Origin: Escherichia phage vB_EcoM_phAPEC6
Direction: 5' to 3' (one strand)
Sequence record: MK817115.1
Length of the DNA stretch: 64,000 nt
A model generated the notes under the pieces. It was not told the origin of the DNA. It saw only the letters and a program-made list of their open reading frames with translations, and did no database searches. The translations under genes and the position numbers were made by a program. Shown here in pieces: positions 49,466 to 59,149 of this stretch (position 1 is the first letter of the stretch; the number at the start of each line of letters is the position of its first letter).

Positions 49466-51205
49466 TTAAAAAGAATTGCCTAAATTATTAGGGTCGAAAC
49501 CACCACTTCCACTCTGTTGCTCTTGGTATTCGGCATCAGCACTTTCCAAATTACCTTCTCCATCAATACCAAGATCCATTCCAGGATCATTTGGAGCATC
49601 AATACCAACAGACTGCAATCCTGCGGAATCTTCTTCACCACCAGAAGGTTGGGAACCATCTTGTGGATTCTCTTGTAACCACATTTGTTCATTCTTAACA
49701 ATATCAGCTTTAGAAAAGCCCATTTTTTCAAGAATTGTTTGTTTCGCCATATAAGGCAAGTCATTAAGAGGAAGATATGTATTAATTAGTTTAGCATCTA
49801 GTTCAGCTTTACGATAAGAAGCTAAGTTAATAGGTGGATTCATAATAACTTCAAAAGATGAAGTACTAATGTTATATCCATTTTTAACCATAAATCTTTT
49901 GAATTCAGCATCAAAATGTTTTGCAACTAAACGTTGATAACGCATACATTGATTATTGAATCGCAATTCACTTGCCATAGCTTGTGTAGCACCATCACCA
50001 AATAATGAAACACCACCATCATCTGGACCTTGTGGTAGATATGAAGCTGGTATTTGAAGACCACGAATCAATTTATTATTGAAATAACGTAAGTCATCAA
50101 TTTGTCCTAAGTTATCACCGCCTGGTAATGTTTGAACATCTGAACCACGACCTTCAGAAGTTTGTGGGAAAAAGTAGTCTTCTAAAATGCTTAATGGATT
50201 ATACGCTGCATCCATTAGTGAAGTACTTCCACCTTTGTTTGAAGGTATTCTACGCTGGTGGATTTCATTTTTAAATCTTTCAACATAAGCCATCGCTTGG
50301 TGTGCTTGCATATCACCAACATCAATTTTAAATACACGACGCTCAGGTGCACGTTGTACACGATAAATTATGATACTATCTTCCAGAAGTTCTTTTTGCT
50401 TATAGACTTTAAATACGTCCTCAAGTATACTAGTACCAAAAGGCCATACCCCATCTTGTCCTGTATTTAGCGTTAGATGAATTACGTGTTCTGCACCAAC
50501 AGGAATAACGTCTAATTGACCGTTAGTACTGAATGGATCAGCAGTATTTCCTTGACTTGTAAAACCAGATGCACCACCCGCAGCTACTGAACCACCACCA
50601 CCCATTGTTGTCGGAATAGCTCCTGGATAAGCGGTTTTATCAAATCCTACTTGAAGGTTACTAAAAACTTTATCTTTCAAATTTAATGATACGTCACGTA
50701 TATAATAAATTACTGGTGTTTTACCAGTGGCTTCGTTAACAAATACTTGCTCAACATTTTTGGGACTTACCCAATACCAATCGAATGTTTCTGGATCTCG
50801 AATGAAAAATTGATCACCATATTTCAGAAGACCACGCACAATTTCATACATTCGTGTTTTAAAATCATTTTGTTCAGTCCATGCATCTAAACGATCTTCA
50901 ATAGTAGTTACTTCAGTATCACCAATATCATCTTTATATTTGATTTTATATGGTAAACCAAAATCTTCAGTACTTTGGGTACAAAAGTCAGCAATTATAT
51001 TCAATGCAGTTCTAATTTCAGGATCTTGGTCCATTTGCTCATACTGACTATAACGCTCAGTACGGTTTGCCAATCCATTATATACAACAGGAAGATAGGA
51101 AGCGAAATTTGTTTTCGTTCCTGTTGATTTATTGCTATTACTGGACTGATTCGGGATGGTCGATAGTTTAGACCTTCCCACTGTCATATGTCGTTTCCAA
51201 CTCAT
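49466..51205 (-). CDS. 20: Portal protein (T4 gp20 equivalent)
   Basis: 579 aa; heads the head-gene block; size and position. Confidence 0.7.
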   Translation of the reverse strand: MSWKRHMTVGRSKLSTIPNQSSNSNKSTGTKTNFASYLPVVYNGLANRTERYSQYEQMDQDPEIRTALNIIADFCTQSTEDFGLPYKIKYKDDIGDTEVTTIEDRLDAWTEQNDFKTRMYEIVRGLLKYGDQFFIRDPETFDWYWVSPKNVEQVFVNEATGKTPVIYYIRDVSLNLKDKVFSNLQVGFDKTAYPGAIPTTMGGGGSVAAGGASGFTSQGNTADPFSTNGQLDVIPVGAEHVIHLTLNTGQDGVWPFGTSILEDVFKVYKQKELLEDSIIIYRVQRAPERRVFKIDVGDMQAHQAMAYVERFKNEIHQRRIPSNKGGSTSLMDAAYNPLSILEDYFFPQTSEGRGSDVQTLPGGDNLGQIDDLRYFNNKLIRGLQIPASYLPQGPDDGGVSLFGDGATQAMASELRFNNQCMRYQRLVAKHFDAEFKRFMVKNGYNISTSSFEVIMNPPINLASYRKAELDAKLINTYLPLNDLPYMAKQTILEKMGFSKADIVKNEQMWLQENPQDGSQPSGGEEDSAGLQSVGIDAPNDPGMDLGIDGEGNLESADAEYQEQQSGSGGFDPNNLGNSF

Positions 51206-51216
51206 TATTTTCGTCC

Positions 51217-53421
51217 TTAACTGTTTCTCTCACCTTGAGTGTTTTCAGAGATAGTTCTTAGATAGTTATTTGTCTGTTGCACGGCAGATAGAGATTGCTC
51301 ATTAACATCAGCAAGTTTTTTAAGTAACTCTTTCATGTCTTCTGATATTGTGGCATTATTATTAGCATTTGCCATACTACTACCACTATTTATCATCGCT
51401 TTCATGGCCTCATAATCGTCCGGTTCAGCTTGAATTGGTGGTTCATTTGGACCCCATGCTGATTTATCAAAAGTTTTTGGAGTTATGGTAACATATGGTG
51501 CAACATGTTCAGATTTTTCGATTCTCGCAGTTGCTCTTGGCTTATTTTCAAGACCACTACTAATAAGTTTTTCAGCAACTGATTCATCAAGGGGTTTTGG
51601 TTGTTTAAAGTTTCTACTTGAATTCCATTTTAAAAAACCATCAAATGAACTAGAAATATAATCACCAAATGAATTCATTTTTTCTTCAAAATAATTATTA
51701 ACTTTTTCTGCACCATCGGTAACAGAATTGTTTTCTACTTTTACTTTGTCGTCTGATCCACCAAACCAACCTTTAACAGAATCCCAAAGTTTACCAGGAA
51801 GATCCATTAGGTTATTCATAAAGCTATCAAATGCTTCTGAAACTTTATTATATCCACTACCAAAAATTTCAGTACCTAACCCTTCTAACCACTGCTCAAA
51901 CTCACCACCAATCCTATCCAAATACGCAACTGCATCTTTCGCAATAGGAACCAAACCAAAACCATCAAGTGCTAACTCTCCGATAAATTCCCATGCACCA
52001 TCAGTACGGTCTGCAATATCAGTAAGGTAATCCGCAATAGAATTTTGTGTATCTGCATACATTTTATTAAATGGTTCAGTAAATTCTTTACTAATCCATC
52101 TATTGAATCTATCAGTGAATTGTGTTAGTTTATCTGCTGGTTGACTCTTAGGATCATTAATCGCAGCTTCCATATCAAGTAGTTGTTGGTTGAAGGTTGC
52201 TGCCGTAGTGTTTCCTAATTGTATCTGATTTAATAAATCTTGCTTTATTAGTTCTTTGTTCTTTTTAACAAATTCCAATTGTTGACGGCGAATTTCTTGT
52301 GAATCAGTAACACCACTACGTACCAAGTTCTCACCTAAATCAGCAAATTGGTTCAGTACTGGAGTCAATAAATCATCTGGTACTCCACCAATAGTTAAAC
52401 GATGTGAAATTAAACGTAGAAAATCTGCACCAGCATCACCCATACTGGCAGCAGCTTCGTTAAATGCTTTTGATGTTGCAACTGCTGCTTTACTAGATAA
52501 TCCAGAATAGTTTTGTAATGCGATTTGCATTGAACGTGTGTCTAATGATTTATCTAAGTTTTGTGTTTTATTTAATAGTGCATCAACTGACTCACCCATA
52601 CTTTTACTGAACTTAGTCATACTCATGATAAACTGTTCAGTACTTTTTGCTTGATCCATACTACGTAACATTTCTCTTCCACCAAATTGCTTTTGGAATT
52701 TAATATTACGTGCAGTTAAATCAGTTAATGTTTTTTGAGAAACACCATATAAACCTAATTGATTTTGTGCTTGTTGCACAGTACCCAATAATTTACCAAA
52801 TGTAGAAACACCATCACCATATGCACCATCTAATTGTGCAACAACGGCACTATGAGTTTGTAATGCTTCACCAAATGCATCAATACTCATCATTGATGCA
52901 CCAGCACCTTTTAATATGGAGCCGTAACCTTCAGATAGAGCGACACCAGCACTGTTTATTCTATTATAAACTTCAAGCTGTGCATTTAACACATTATAAA
53001 CTGCTAAACCAGCGTCAGCGACCAATTTGAATGCAGATGCTGCTGCACCAACTGGACCTGGGATCATTGCTAATGAACCAGCAAATGAAGATGCACTCAT
53101 TCCTAGTGAGTTTACAACATTGCTAACGTTTGCAGACGTACTCATCATAGTTTTGCCGACATTCGATACTTCAGATGATAATGATTTGAATATTTTTCCA
53201 AATTCTTTACCATCATCAGCTTTGTTATTTGTTCGAGAGCCACGGTTTCCAGTACTTGATGAATTACTTCCATTACGTTTTCCACTTTTAGAACCGGATT
53301 TCTTTCTATCATTTTTTATATTTTCAGCCAATAACTCACGAATAGCACTCAAACTATCGTTGTTATCTTTAGTTTGATTAACCAACTGCTGGAGTAGGTA
53401 ATCACTTGTATTTCCAGCCAT
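51217..53421 (-). CDS. Hypothetical virion protein (possible tape-measure or internal protein)
   Basis: 734 aa; Ser/Asn/Gly-rich N-terminus then an Ala/Gly-rich hydrophobic segment; late-like box upstream. Confidence 0.35.
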   Translation of the reverse strand: MAGNTSDYLLQQLVNQTKDNNDSLSAIRELLAENIKNDRKKSGSKSGKRNGSNSSSTGNRGSRTNNKADDGKEFGKIFKSLSSEVSNVGKTMMSTSANVSNVVNSLGMSASSFAGSLAMIPGPVGAAASAFKLVADAGLAVYNVLNAQLEVYNRINSAGVALSEGYGSILKGAGASMMSIDAFGEALQTHSAVVAQLDGAYGDGVSTFGKLLGTVQQAQNQLGLYGVSQKTLTDLTARNIKFQKQFGGREMLRSMDQAKSTEQFIMSMTKFSKSMGESVDALLNKTQNLDKSLDTRSMQIALQNYSGLSSKAAVATSKAFNEAAASMGDAGADFLRLISHRLTIGGVPDDLLTPVLNQFADLGENLVRSGVTDSQEIRRQQLEFVKKNKELIKQDLLNQIQLGNTTAATFNQQLLDMEAAINDPKSQPADKLTQFTDRFNRWISKEFTEPFNKMYADTQNSIADYLTDIADRTDGAWEFIGELALDGFGLVPIAKDAVAYLDRIGGEFEQWLEGLGTEIFGSGYNKVSEAFDSFMNNLMDLPGKLWDSVKGWFGGSDDKVKVENNSVTDGAEKVNNYFEEKMNSFGDYISSSFDGFLKWNSSRNFKQPKPLDESVAEKLISSGLENKPRATARIEKSEHVAPYVTITPKTFDKSAWGPNEPPIQAEPDDYEAMKAMINSGSSMANANNNATISEDMKELLKKLADVNEQSLSAVQQTNNYLRTISENTQGERNS

Positions 53422-53509
53422 AACATTCCCTTTTAATAGATGTATTATAGAAATATTTATGAAACTATAGAGAATATAAAAATTAGTTTAATTTAATCTT
53501 TTTTAGTCT

Positions 53510-53517
53510 TATAAATA
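53510..53517 (+). promoter_or_regulatory. Late promoter box TATAAATA
   Basis: Exact match about 35 nt upstream of the ATG at 53552. Confidence 0.55.
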
Positions 53518-53551
53518 CTAAAACACATTTATTACATGGAGATTTAATAAA

Positions 53552-54388
53552 ATGGCTATGAATCCACTTGCTAAGTACACTAAAATTGAAGAGATCAGTA
53601 CTAAGTTAGTTACAAACGGCGTTATTCCTTATAAAGAAGGAGTTCTAGGTCCAAAAGGTGTCAAATGTGGAGTTTGTGCACGTAGTGCACGTGATGAAAT
53701 GACACTTAATACCCCCGATATGTTACTAAACGGAGATGCAGTATCCCGTGTTATTGAAAACTGTGTTCCTAATGTAATTGACGCTGATGAGTTGTATGTA
53801 AATGACGTTGAAATGCTTCTTATTGCTATTAAAGTTGCTTCTAAAGAAGAAACATATGATATTAACGTTGTATGTCCTGAATGTGAAAAAGAAGGTCGAT
53901 TTGAACGTAATCTATCATATCTTCTTGAAACTGCACAAGCATTTGAAGAAATCCCATCAATTGATTTAGATAATGGACTACGTTTAGAATTTAGACCACT
54001 GACATGGAAAGAATATTCATCGTTTGCTGAACGCATGTTCAGTGAGCAGCAGAAGACTAAGTTTCTTGAAACTGCTGATATTGATAAAGATGAAAAAGTA
54101 AAAATATTTTCTGAAGTATTTGAAAACATGGCTCAACTTAACTTCGATATGATTGGTGGAGTTATTGCAAAAATTATAACACCAGATGGTGATGAAGTAG
54201 TTGAAAAAGAATTTATTAATGAATGGCTTGGACAACAATCGAAGGGAGTACTTAAACTAATTCGTGAAAAAATGGATGAAGTACTTGAAATTGGTGTATC
54301 TCATAGTATGGAAGTAGAATGTGATGGATGTAATCATCAATGGGAAATTGATGGACTAAAATATGATCCTAGTCATTTTTTCGAGTAA
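53552..54388 (+). CDS. Hypothetical late protein with three Cys pairs
   Basis: 278 aa; CGVCARSA, CPECEKEG and CDGCNHQ; exact TATAAATA at 53510-53517. Confidence 0.45.
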   Translation: MAMNPLAKYTKIEEISTKLVTNGVIPYKEGVLGPKGVKCGVCARSARDEMTLNTPDMLLNGDAVSRVIENCVPNVIDADELYVNDVEMLLIAIKVASKEETYDINVVCPECEKEGRFERNLSYLLETAQAFEEIPSIDLDNGLRLEFRPLTWKEYSSFAERMFSEQQKTKFLETADIDKDEKVKIFSEVFENMAQLNFDMIGGVIAKIITPDGDEVVEKEFINEWLGQQSKGVLKLIREKMDEVLEIGVSHSMEVECDGCNHQWEIDGLKYDPSHFFE

Positions 54389-54597
54389 TGCTTCTCCAGT
54401 CATCTCCTGAAGAAATACAAGAAGTACTGAAGGAGATAGAACTGAATAAGTCAGAAATCAAAAATGCACTAATGGAATGTTCTGTATATATGGATAACAT
54501 TGACTATGGAACACTCCTTAATATGCCATTAATAGATAGAGACTTATTAGTTAAGTCTTTTAATAAAAAAATTAAAAAACAAAACGAGAAGCACTAA
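54388..54597 (+). CDS. Hypothetical small protein
   Basis: 69 aa; start overlaps the upstream stop; followed by a strong terminator. Confidence 0.3.
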   Translation: MLLQSSPEEIQEVLKEIELNKSEIKNALMECSVYMDNIDYGTLLNMPLIDRDLLVKSFNKKIKKQNEKH

Positions 54598-54608
54598 TTT
54601 TCATATAG

Positions 54609-54634
54609 CCAGCACATTGTTGCTGGTTTTTTTT
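54609..54634 (+). terminator. Intrinsic terminator
   Basis: CCAGCA / TGCTGG stem followed by eight T. Confidence 0.65.
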
Positions 54635-54850
54635 GGTTTTAAACTACAGAATTATTTGAATTGAATTATGAAAGGATTAATTTTAATATTATTGGATTCA
54701 TCTAACTCATTTCATTCGTTAGCTGAAGAATATTCGTTACTACGTAACTCATATTCATTTAATTAAATTAATTATAAAGAACTTTAAAAGATTTAATACT
54801 TGACGGGATTTGTTGAGGACATTTTCATCCCCCCGCAGGGGAATGAAGAC

Positions 54851-54876
54851 AATAAAAAAGAGACAATGAAGTCTCT
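54851..54876 (-). terminator. Intrinsic terminator closing the candidate ncRNA
   Basis: AGAGAC / GTCTCT stem followed on the minus strand by TTTTTTATT. Confidence 0.55.
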
Positions 54877-55307
54877 ATTTCTTGACGCTGATGGTTTCAG
54901 CATTTATTGTATTGCGAATTTCTTAAAAATATATTAAGAACGAAAGCGGGTTGCTCTGTTTCTCTCTATCGCAGTCATGTGCAACGGTCGTCAGTCTTAA
55001 TCATCCTGACACTCACCTGAAAGTCTATACAATCAAACTTCAGGCTGTTTATTAAAATCACTTAATAAACTCCCTTAGCAAATCTGGTAAGGTGCGATCC
55101 TTATATGTCTATCTAGGAACTCTCTGTATGCTTATCGGAGTTCTTTATTGAGCCGCATTGCCGTGAGGGGTTCAAACTATGCCCACATCTAACGGGTTTC
55201 TTTTGCTCATCGCACTGTTGAACTGCTCATCTGCCATCTACATTTTCGATAGGATCAGGTTCTAATTTATATGCATTTCTGCATTCAACAGGATTGTCAT
55301 TACTACA
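54851..55307 (-). ncRNA. Candidate structured non-coding RNA (about 450 nt, unknown class)
   Basis: No ORF of 60 aa or more on either strand across 54598-55433; early-type promoter at 55314-55342 points into it and a minus-strand intrinsic terminator sits at 54851-54876; several hairpins between them. Confidence 0.35.
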
Positions 55308-55313
55308 ACAAAC

Positions 55314-55342
55314 ATTATAGCACAAACTTTAAAGTTGTCTCA
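55314..55342 (-). promoter_or_regulatory. Early-type promoter, TGAGAC-N17-TATAAT with GTGC before the -10, driving the ORF-free region
   Basis: Same motif and spacing as the promoters upstream of primase, gene 32 and rnh, but no ORF lies downstream. Confidence 0.45.
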
Positions 55343-55395
55343 CTATTTTTATAAAAATATTCATTAAGTACTTAAAATATTGCAAATAACTAATC

Positions 55396-55403
55396 TATAA
55401 ATA
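55396..55403 (+). promoter_or_regulatory. Late promoter box TATAAATA
   Basis: Exact match about 30 nt upstream of the EndoVII-like ATG; GGTGAGGA SD follows. Confidence 0.55.
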
Positions 55404-55433
55404 TTTTGATAACAAATAGTTTGGTGAGGAATT

Positions 55434-55925
55434 ATGAAAAAAAGATTAAAAGATAGTAAGGATGCTGCAAACTATCGAAACGAATTGCTAAAGAAACAAA
55501 ATGGAATAGATCCTATAATTAAAGAACCAATAACTAAACCAGTACTGGATCACTACCACTATGGTAACCAACATTGTAGACAAGTTCTTCAAAATGAAGT
55601 CAATGCTTGGGAAGGAAAGGTACAAAACAGCTTCAATCGATATATGAAGCACTTAACTGATAAACCATTATATGAGGTACTCAGAAATCTTGCTGATTAC
55701 TTAGAGCGTAATAACAGCATTCCTGACGATGAACAAGTTATACATCACACTGCACTAACTGTGGATGTTAATAAGTTTAAAAGGCTTCCAGCAACACAGC
55801 AAAACGCGATTCTGGAAGGGTTAGGAGTTGTCCCTGGTAGTAACACTACTGCTCGTGTAAAGCAAGCTAGAAAGCTGATTAAGGACGGTAAATTAAATAT
55901 GGTTGATATAAAAAAAGGGAGCTAA
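55434..55925 (+). CDS. Endonuclease VII-like protein (possible gp49 equivalent)
   Basis: 163 aa; LDHYHYGN ... QNEVNAWEG resembles the EndoVII His-Me finger, but the Zn-binding cysteines of T4 EndoVII are absent; exact TATAAATA upstream. Confidence 0.45.
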   Translation: MKKRLKDSKDAANYRNELLKKQNGIDPIIKEPITKPVLDHYHYGNQHCRQVLQNEVNAWEGKVQNSFNRYMKHLTDKPLYEVLRNLADYLERNNSIPDDEQVIHHTALTVDVNKFKRLPATQQNAILEGLGVVPGSNTTARVKQARKLIKDGKLNMVDIKKGS

Positions 55926-55941
55926 GGCTCCCTTTATCTTT
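55917..55941. terminator. Bidirectional terminator between the EndoVII-like gene and gp46
   Basis: GGGAGC-TAAG-GCTCCC stem with T-runs on both strands; the EndoVII-like stop codon lies in the loop. Confidence 0.55.
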
Positions 55942-55943
55942 AA

Positions 55944-58091
55944 TTAGAAAACATCGTCAAGGGTTGCATATTCAACAGTACTGAAACCGTCCTCTTTAAC
56001 AACTTTGAGGATTTTTTCAGTCTTAGATAGTAACTCTTCTCTGTGGGAAATAGCATAAACGTTCTTACCACGTACAGCAGCCATATCTTGGAAGATAGAC
56101 CACACACGTAGAACACCACTTGAGTCAAGACCTTGGTCAATCATCTCATCAATGATAAGAATATTAATACTTTGGTATAATGACTCATATGTATCACGGA
56201 AAGCACAAGATAATGCGATGTTTACCCTTGTACGCTCACCTCTACTAAGCTGTTTATAGTCAAAGTACTGTCCACTCTTCTCAATTTCAACACTCAAATC
56301 ATTCAAAAACACAACATTATGCTCAGAACCGCACATATCGATATAGTACTGAAGTCGTGTATTCAAATATGAGATATTTTGCTCAATAATACGTTTACGG
56401 ACATAAGAATCCTTGTTTAAAAGTAATTTAACCAAGAAATCTTGGTGATTTGACATTTTATCAAGATTATTATAGTCGCTATAATCGATTGGTACTAAAG
56501 AATCAGTCTTCAGGGTATTAATTTGGCTAATAAATGTGTTAGTAGTCTTCAATTCACGATCTAATTGCTGTGATAATGAATTTACAGTCATTTCTAACTC
56601 TTTAACTTCATATTTGTTTAATGTATCTGGAACTTCCATTAGTTCATATGAGTTAAGTTCATCATATGATGACATAAGTTCATTTGCATAGATGTTTATT
56701 TGTTCTTCTTCACTCTTTCTGACCAATTCTTGAAGCTTATGTTCATGCATTTGTGCTTCTGAAAGTGTATTATAATATGTCACGGGCTTAGGTGGCATAT
56801 CAAAAATCTCAATACTATCAATTTCTTGAAGTAATGTTTCAATTTCAGAAGAAGAACTATCAATTTTAGCTTGAAGATCATTAATAGTACTTTGGATTTT
56901 GTCTTTAATTGAAGAAGTATGTTCGTTATGTTCTAATTCAGACATACAAAGTGGACATTTGCTGTTTTCAACTGTTGATAATTTGTCAATTTCAGCATTA
57001 ATTGAACATTCATATCCTTTTAAAGCTATTTTTAGTGAGTTTAGTTTTTGTTCTTTGAAACGTTTTTGGTTATTATTCTCTTTTAGAATACCCTCTAACT
57101 GTTTCCATATCTCCAACTCATTATGATTTTCCAATTCTGCACTAATATCAATAGTTTTTAGCTTATCAATGCTTAGATTTAATGCTCTTTTAGATCTTTC
57201 AAGTTCACGGTCATATGCATCAAATTTTAAAGCCAACTCTTGTACACGGCGTTCGATTTCCCCACGCTTTGCGTTATGAATAAGAGCTTTCTCTTTTATA
57301 TCAGCAGCTTCATAGAGGTCATTAAAGTCTAAAGTTTTATATATATTCAACTCTTCATTTAACTTAGATACTCTATTATTTTTATCAATTTCAAACTGGT
57401 TTGCCTGTTCTTGTAGTGTCTCAATACTTTTTTGAATACGTTCATTACTTGCAGCTACAGTTTCATTTTTGAACTTTTCTTGTTCGGCTAAACGTTTAGT
57501 ATCCTTATACATCTCCTTTAGCATTTCAGCTTTTTCCGTCAACTGTGTTATTCCAAGAAGTTCTTCTATCATATCACGTTGTTTTTGTGTGGATAAAGCT
57601 AAGAAAGGTTCAACGTTAGCATTCAGTACTACAATATGTTCAAATAATAATTGAGATATACCAAGAATTTCATTCAAATCTTCTTGTGTGTCTTTCTTTT
57701 CTCCCCTTGATTCATCTTCAATTTTATTATCTTTCCCTAAAGTAACAAAATTGAAATACGTGGGACTTCTCCCACGTTCAACCAGATATTGTACACCATC
57801 TTTTTCAAACTCTACAACTACTTCACAATTTTTGCCATTAGTTTTATTGACTAGGTTCGGAATTTTAATATCATTACCAATACTTTTACCAAATAATCCA
57901 AAAACTAATCCTTGAATAATAGCACTTTTCCCTACACCATTTCGACGTCCGGTACTGTCACCACCTTCAATAACTGCATCATTATTTTGACCCAGTACTA
58001 ATGAAATGTCAGAACCATTCAATTCAATTGATTGTGGTGCATTACCAAATGAAAAGAAGTTCCTCATAGATATACGTGTAATGTTTAGCAT
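55944..58091 (-). CDS. 46: Rad50/SbcC-like recombination nuclease ATPase subunit (T4 gp46 equivalent)
   Basis: 715 aa; Walker A GVGKSAI; long coiled coil with CPLC zinc hook; C-terminal ABC signature. Confidence 0.8.
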   Translation of the reverse strand: MLNITRISMRNFFSFGNAPQSIELNGSDISLVLGQNNDAVIEGGDSTGRRNGVGKSAIIQGLVFGLFGKSIGNDIKIPNLVNKTNGKNCEVVVEFEKDGVQYLVERGRSPTYFNFVTLGKDNKIEDESRGEKKDTQEDLNEILGISQLLFEHIVVLNANVEPFLALSTQKQRDMIEELLGITQLTEKAEMLKEMYKDTKRLAEQEKFKNETVAASNERIQKSIETLQEQANQFEIDKNNRVSKLNEELNIYKTLDFNDLYEAADIKEKALIHNAKRGEIERRVQELALKFDAYDRELERSKRALNLSIDKLKTIDISAELENHNELEIWKQLEGILKENNNQKRFKEQKLNSLKIALKGYECSINAEIDKLSTVENSKCPLCMSELEHNEHTSSIKDKIQSTINDLQAKIDSSSSEIETLLQEIDSIEIFDMPPKPVTYYNTLSEAQMHEHKLQELVRKSEEEQINIYANELMSSYDELNSYELMEVPDTLNKYEVKELEMTVNSLSQQLDRELKTTNTFISQINTLKTDSLVPIDYSDYNNLDKMSNHQDFLVKLLLNKDSYVRKRIIEQNISYLNTRLQYYIDMCGSEHNVVFLNDLSVEIEKSGQYFDYKQLSRGERTRVNIALSCAFRDTYESLYQSINILIIDEMIDQGLDSSGVLRVWSIFQDMAAVRGKNVYAISHREELLSKTEKILKVVKEDGFSTVEYATLDDVF

Positions 58092-58099
58092 ATAGTCCC

Positions 58100-59149
58100 T
58101 TATAACGATCTGTAAATTTGGATTAGAAGATTTTTATCAAACATGGGTGAGTCAATTTCCATAATTTGCTGCAACACAATCTCATCAACTGATTCAGTAC
58201 TTTCAAAACTAACACCATCTTCAATTAATTCTGCGATACTTTGCTTGCTCGTTACAACATTAAACTCTCTAATGTTGTAAAGTTTAGTAAATGTATCACG
58301 AATAAAACTAATCTCATCTGTTGTTATTGATATATCAACTTGAACTTTTGATATTGTATTATCTTGAAGATAATAACCAGGATCAGTTAACAATTCTGAA
58401 AGTGTAAATGTTCTATATTTTGGTGCATGTTCCCATGATTTGAAAATAGGTTCTTTACCATGTTCAAGGATCATTACACCTCTTGCATCATCCCATGTAT
58501 CGGAAAAATTATGTGGAAAACAATTACCAGTATAAACTACACGAGTTCCTTTTGAAGTTGTTTTTGACTGCCTTTTATGAAAATGTCCACTAAAAACATA
58601 CTCACAACCACCAAAAGAACCTTCTGTTTCTTTTCCATGATCAGGCATTTCTACCATCTTGTTAAGCAAGTAACCTGGTAACTCTAAGTGACCAAAAACA
58701 TACTTACTTTTTAGTTGAGGTAACAACTTATATTCATCTTCAATCATAAATGGAATGAAAGTACAATCATCAAATGTTGTAATTTCATTAATGAATTCTA
58801 TATTTTCATAAACTTGAGCCATATTGATACTTGTTATATCACGTTTGTTTTTATGATACATATCATGGTTGCCTACTAAAAAATATACTTTTTCAAAATT
58901 ATCATTTAATAATTGAAGAATTTGTAAACCATAGTTTAGTGTTTGGATATTGATATTACTTCTATTATGAAAATAATCTCCCATAAAAACACAAACTTTG
59001 ATATTATTTTTTTTAGCTACCTCAATCATGAATTTAATGAAGTTTAAACAATCTTCATTGTGTTGCTTGCTGTTATTCTTTAAACCTAAATGAATATCAG
59101 TGAATGTAATTGCTTTATCAAACAGAGCCATCTTCATTTTTCCTTTCAA
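58100..59149 (-). CDS. 47: Mre11/SbcD-like recombination nuclease subunit (T4 gp47 equivalent)
   Basis: 349 aa; phosphoesterase motifs TDIHLG, GDYFH and GNHD; true start may be the Met at 59131. Confidence 0.8.
   Translation of the reverse strand: MKGKMKMALFDKAITFTDIHLGLKNNSKQHNEDCLNFIKFMIEVAKKNNIKVCVFMGDYFHNRSNINIQTLNYGLQILQLLNDNFEKVYFLVGNHDMYHKNKRDITSINMAQVYENIEFINEITTFDDCTFIPFMIEDEYKLLPQLKSKYVFGHLELPGYLLNKMVEMPDHGKETEGSFGGCEYVFSGHFHKRQSKTTSKGTRVVYTGNCFPHNFSDTWDDARGVMILEHGKEPIFKSWEHAPKYRTFTLSELLTDPGYYLQDNTISKVQVDISITTDEISFIRDTFTKLYNIREFNVVTSKQSIAELIEDGVSFESTESVDEIVLQQIMEIDSPMFDKNLLIQIYRSL

Noticed and set aside
53629-54129. 166 aa minus-strand ORF
   Set aside because: Antisense to the plus-strand gene 53552-54388, which has an exact late promoter and a terminator.
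55150-55200. tRNA-like T-loop sequence GGGGTTCAAAC in the ORF-free region
   Set aside because: Flanking bases do not form a T-stem or an acceptor/D/anticodon cloverleaf; no tRNA could be folded by eye in 54600-55433. tRNAscan-SE should still be run.
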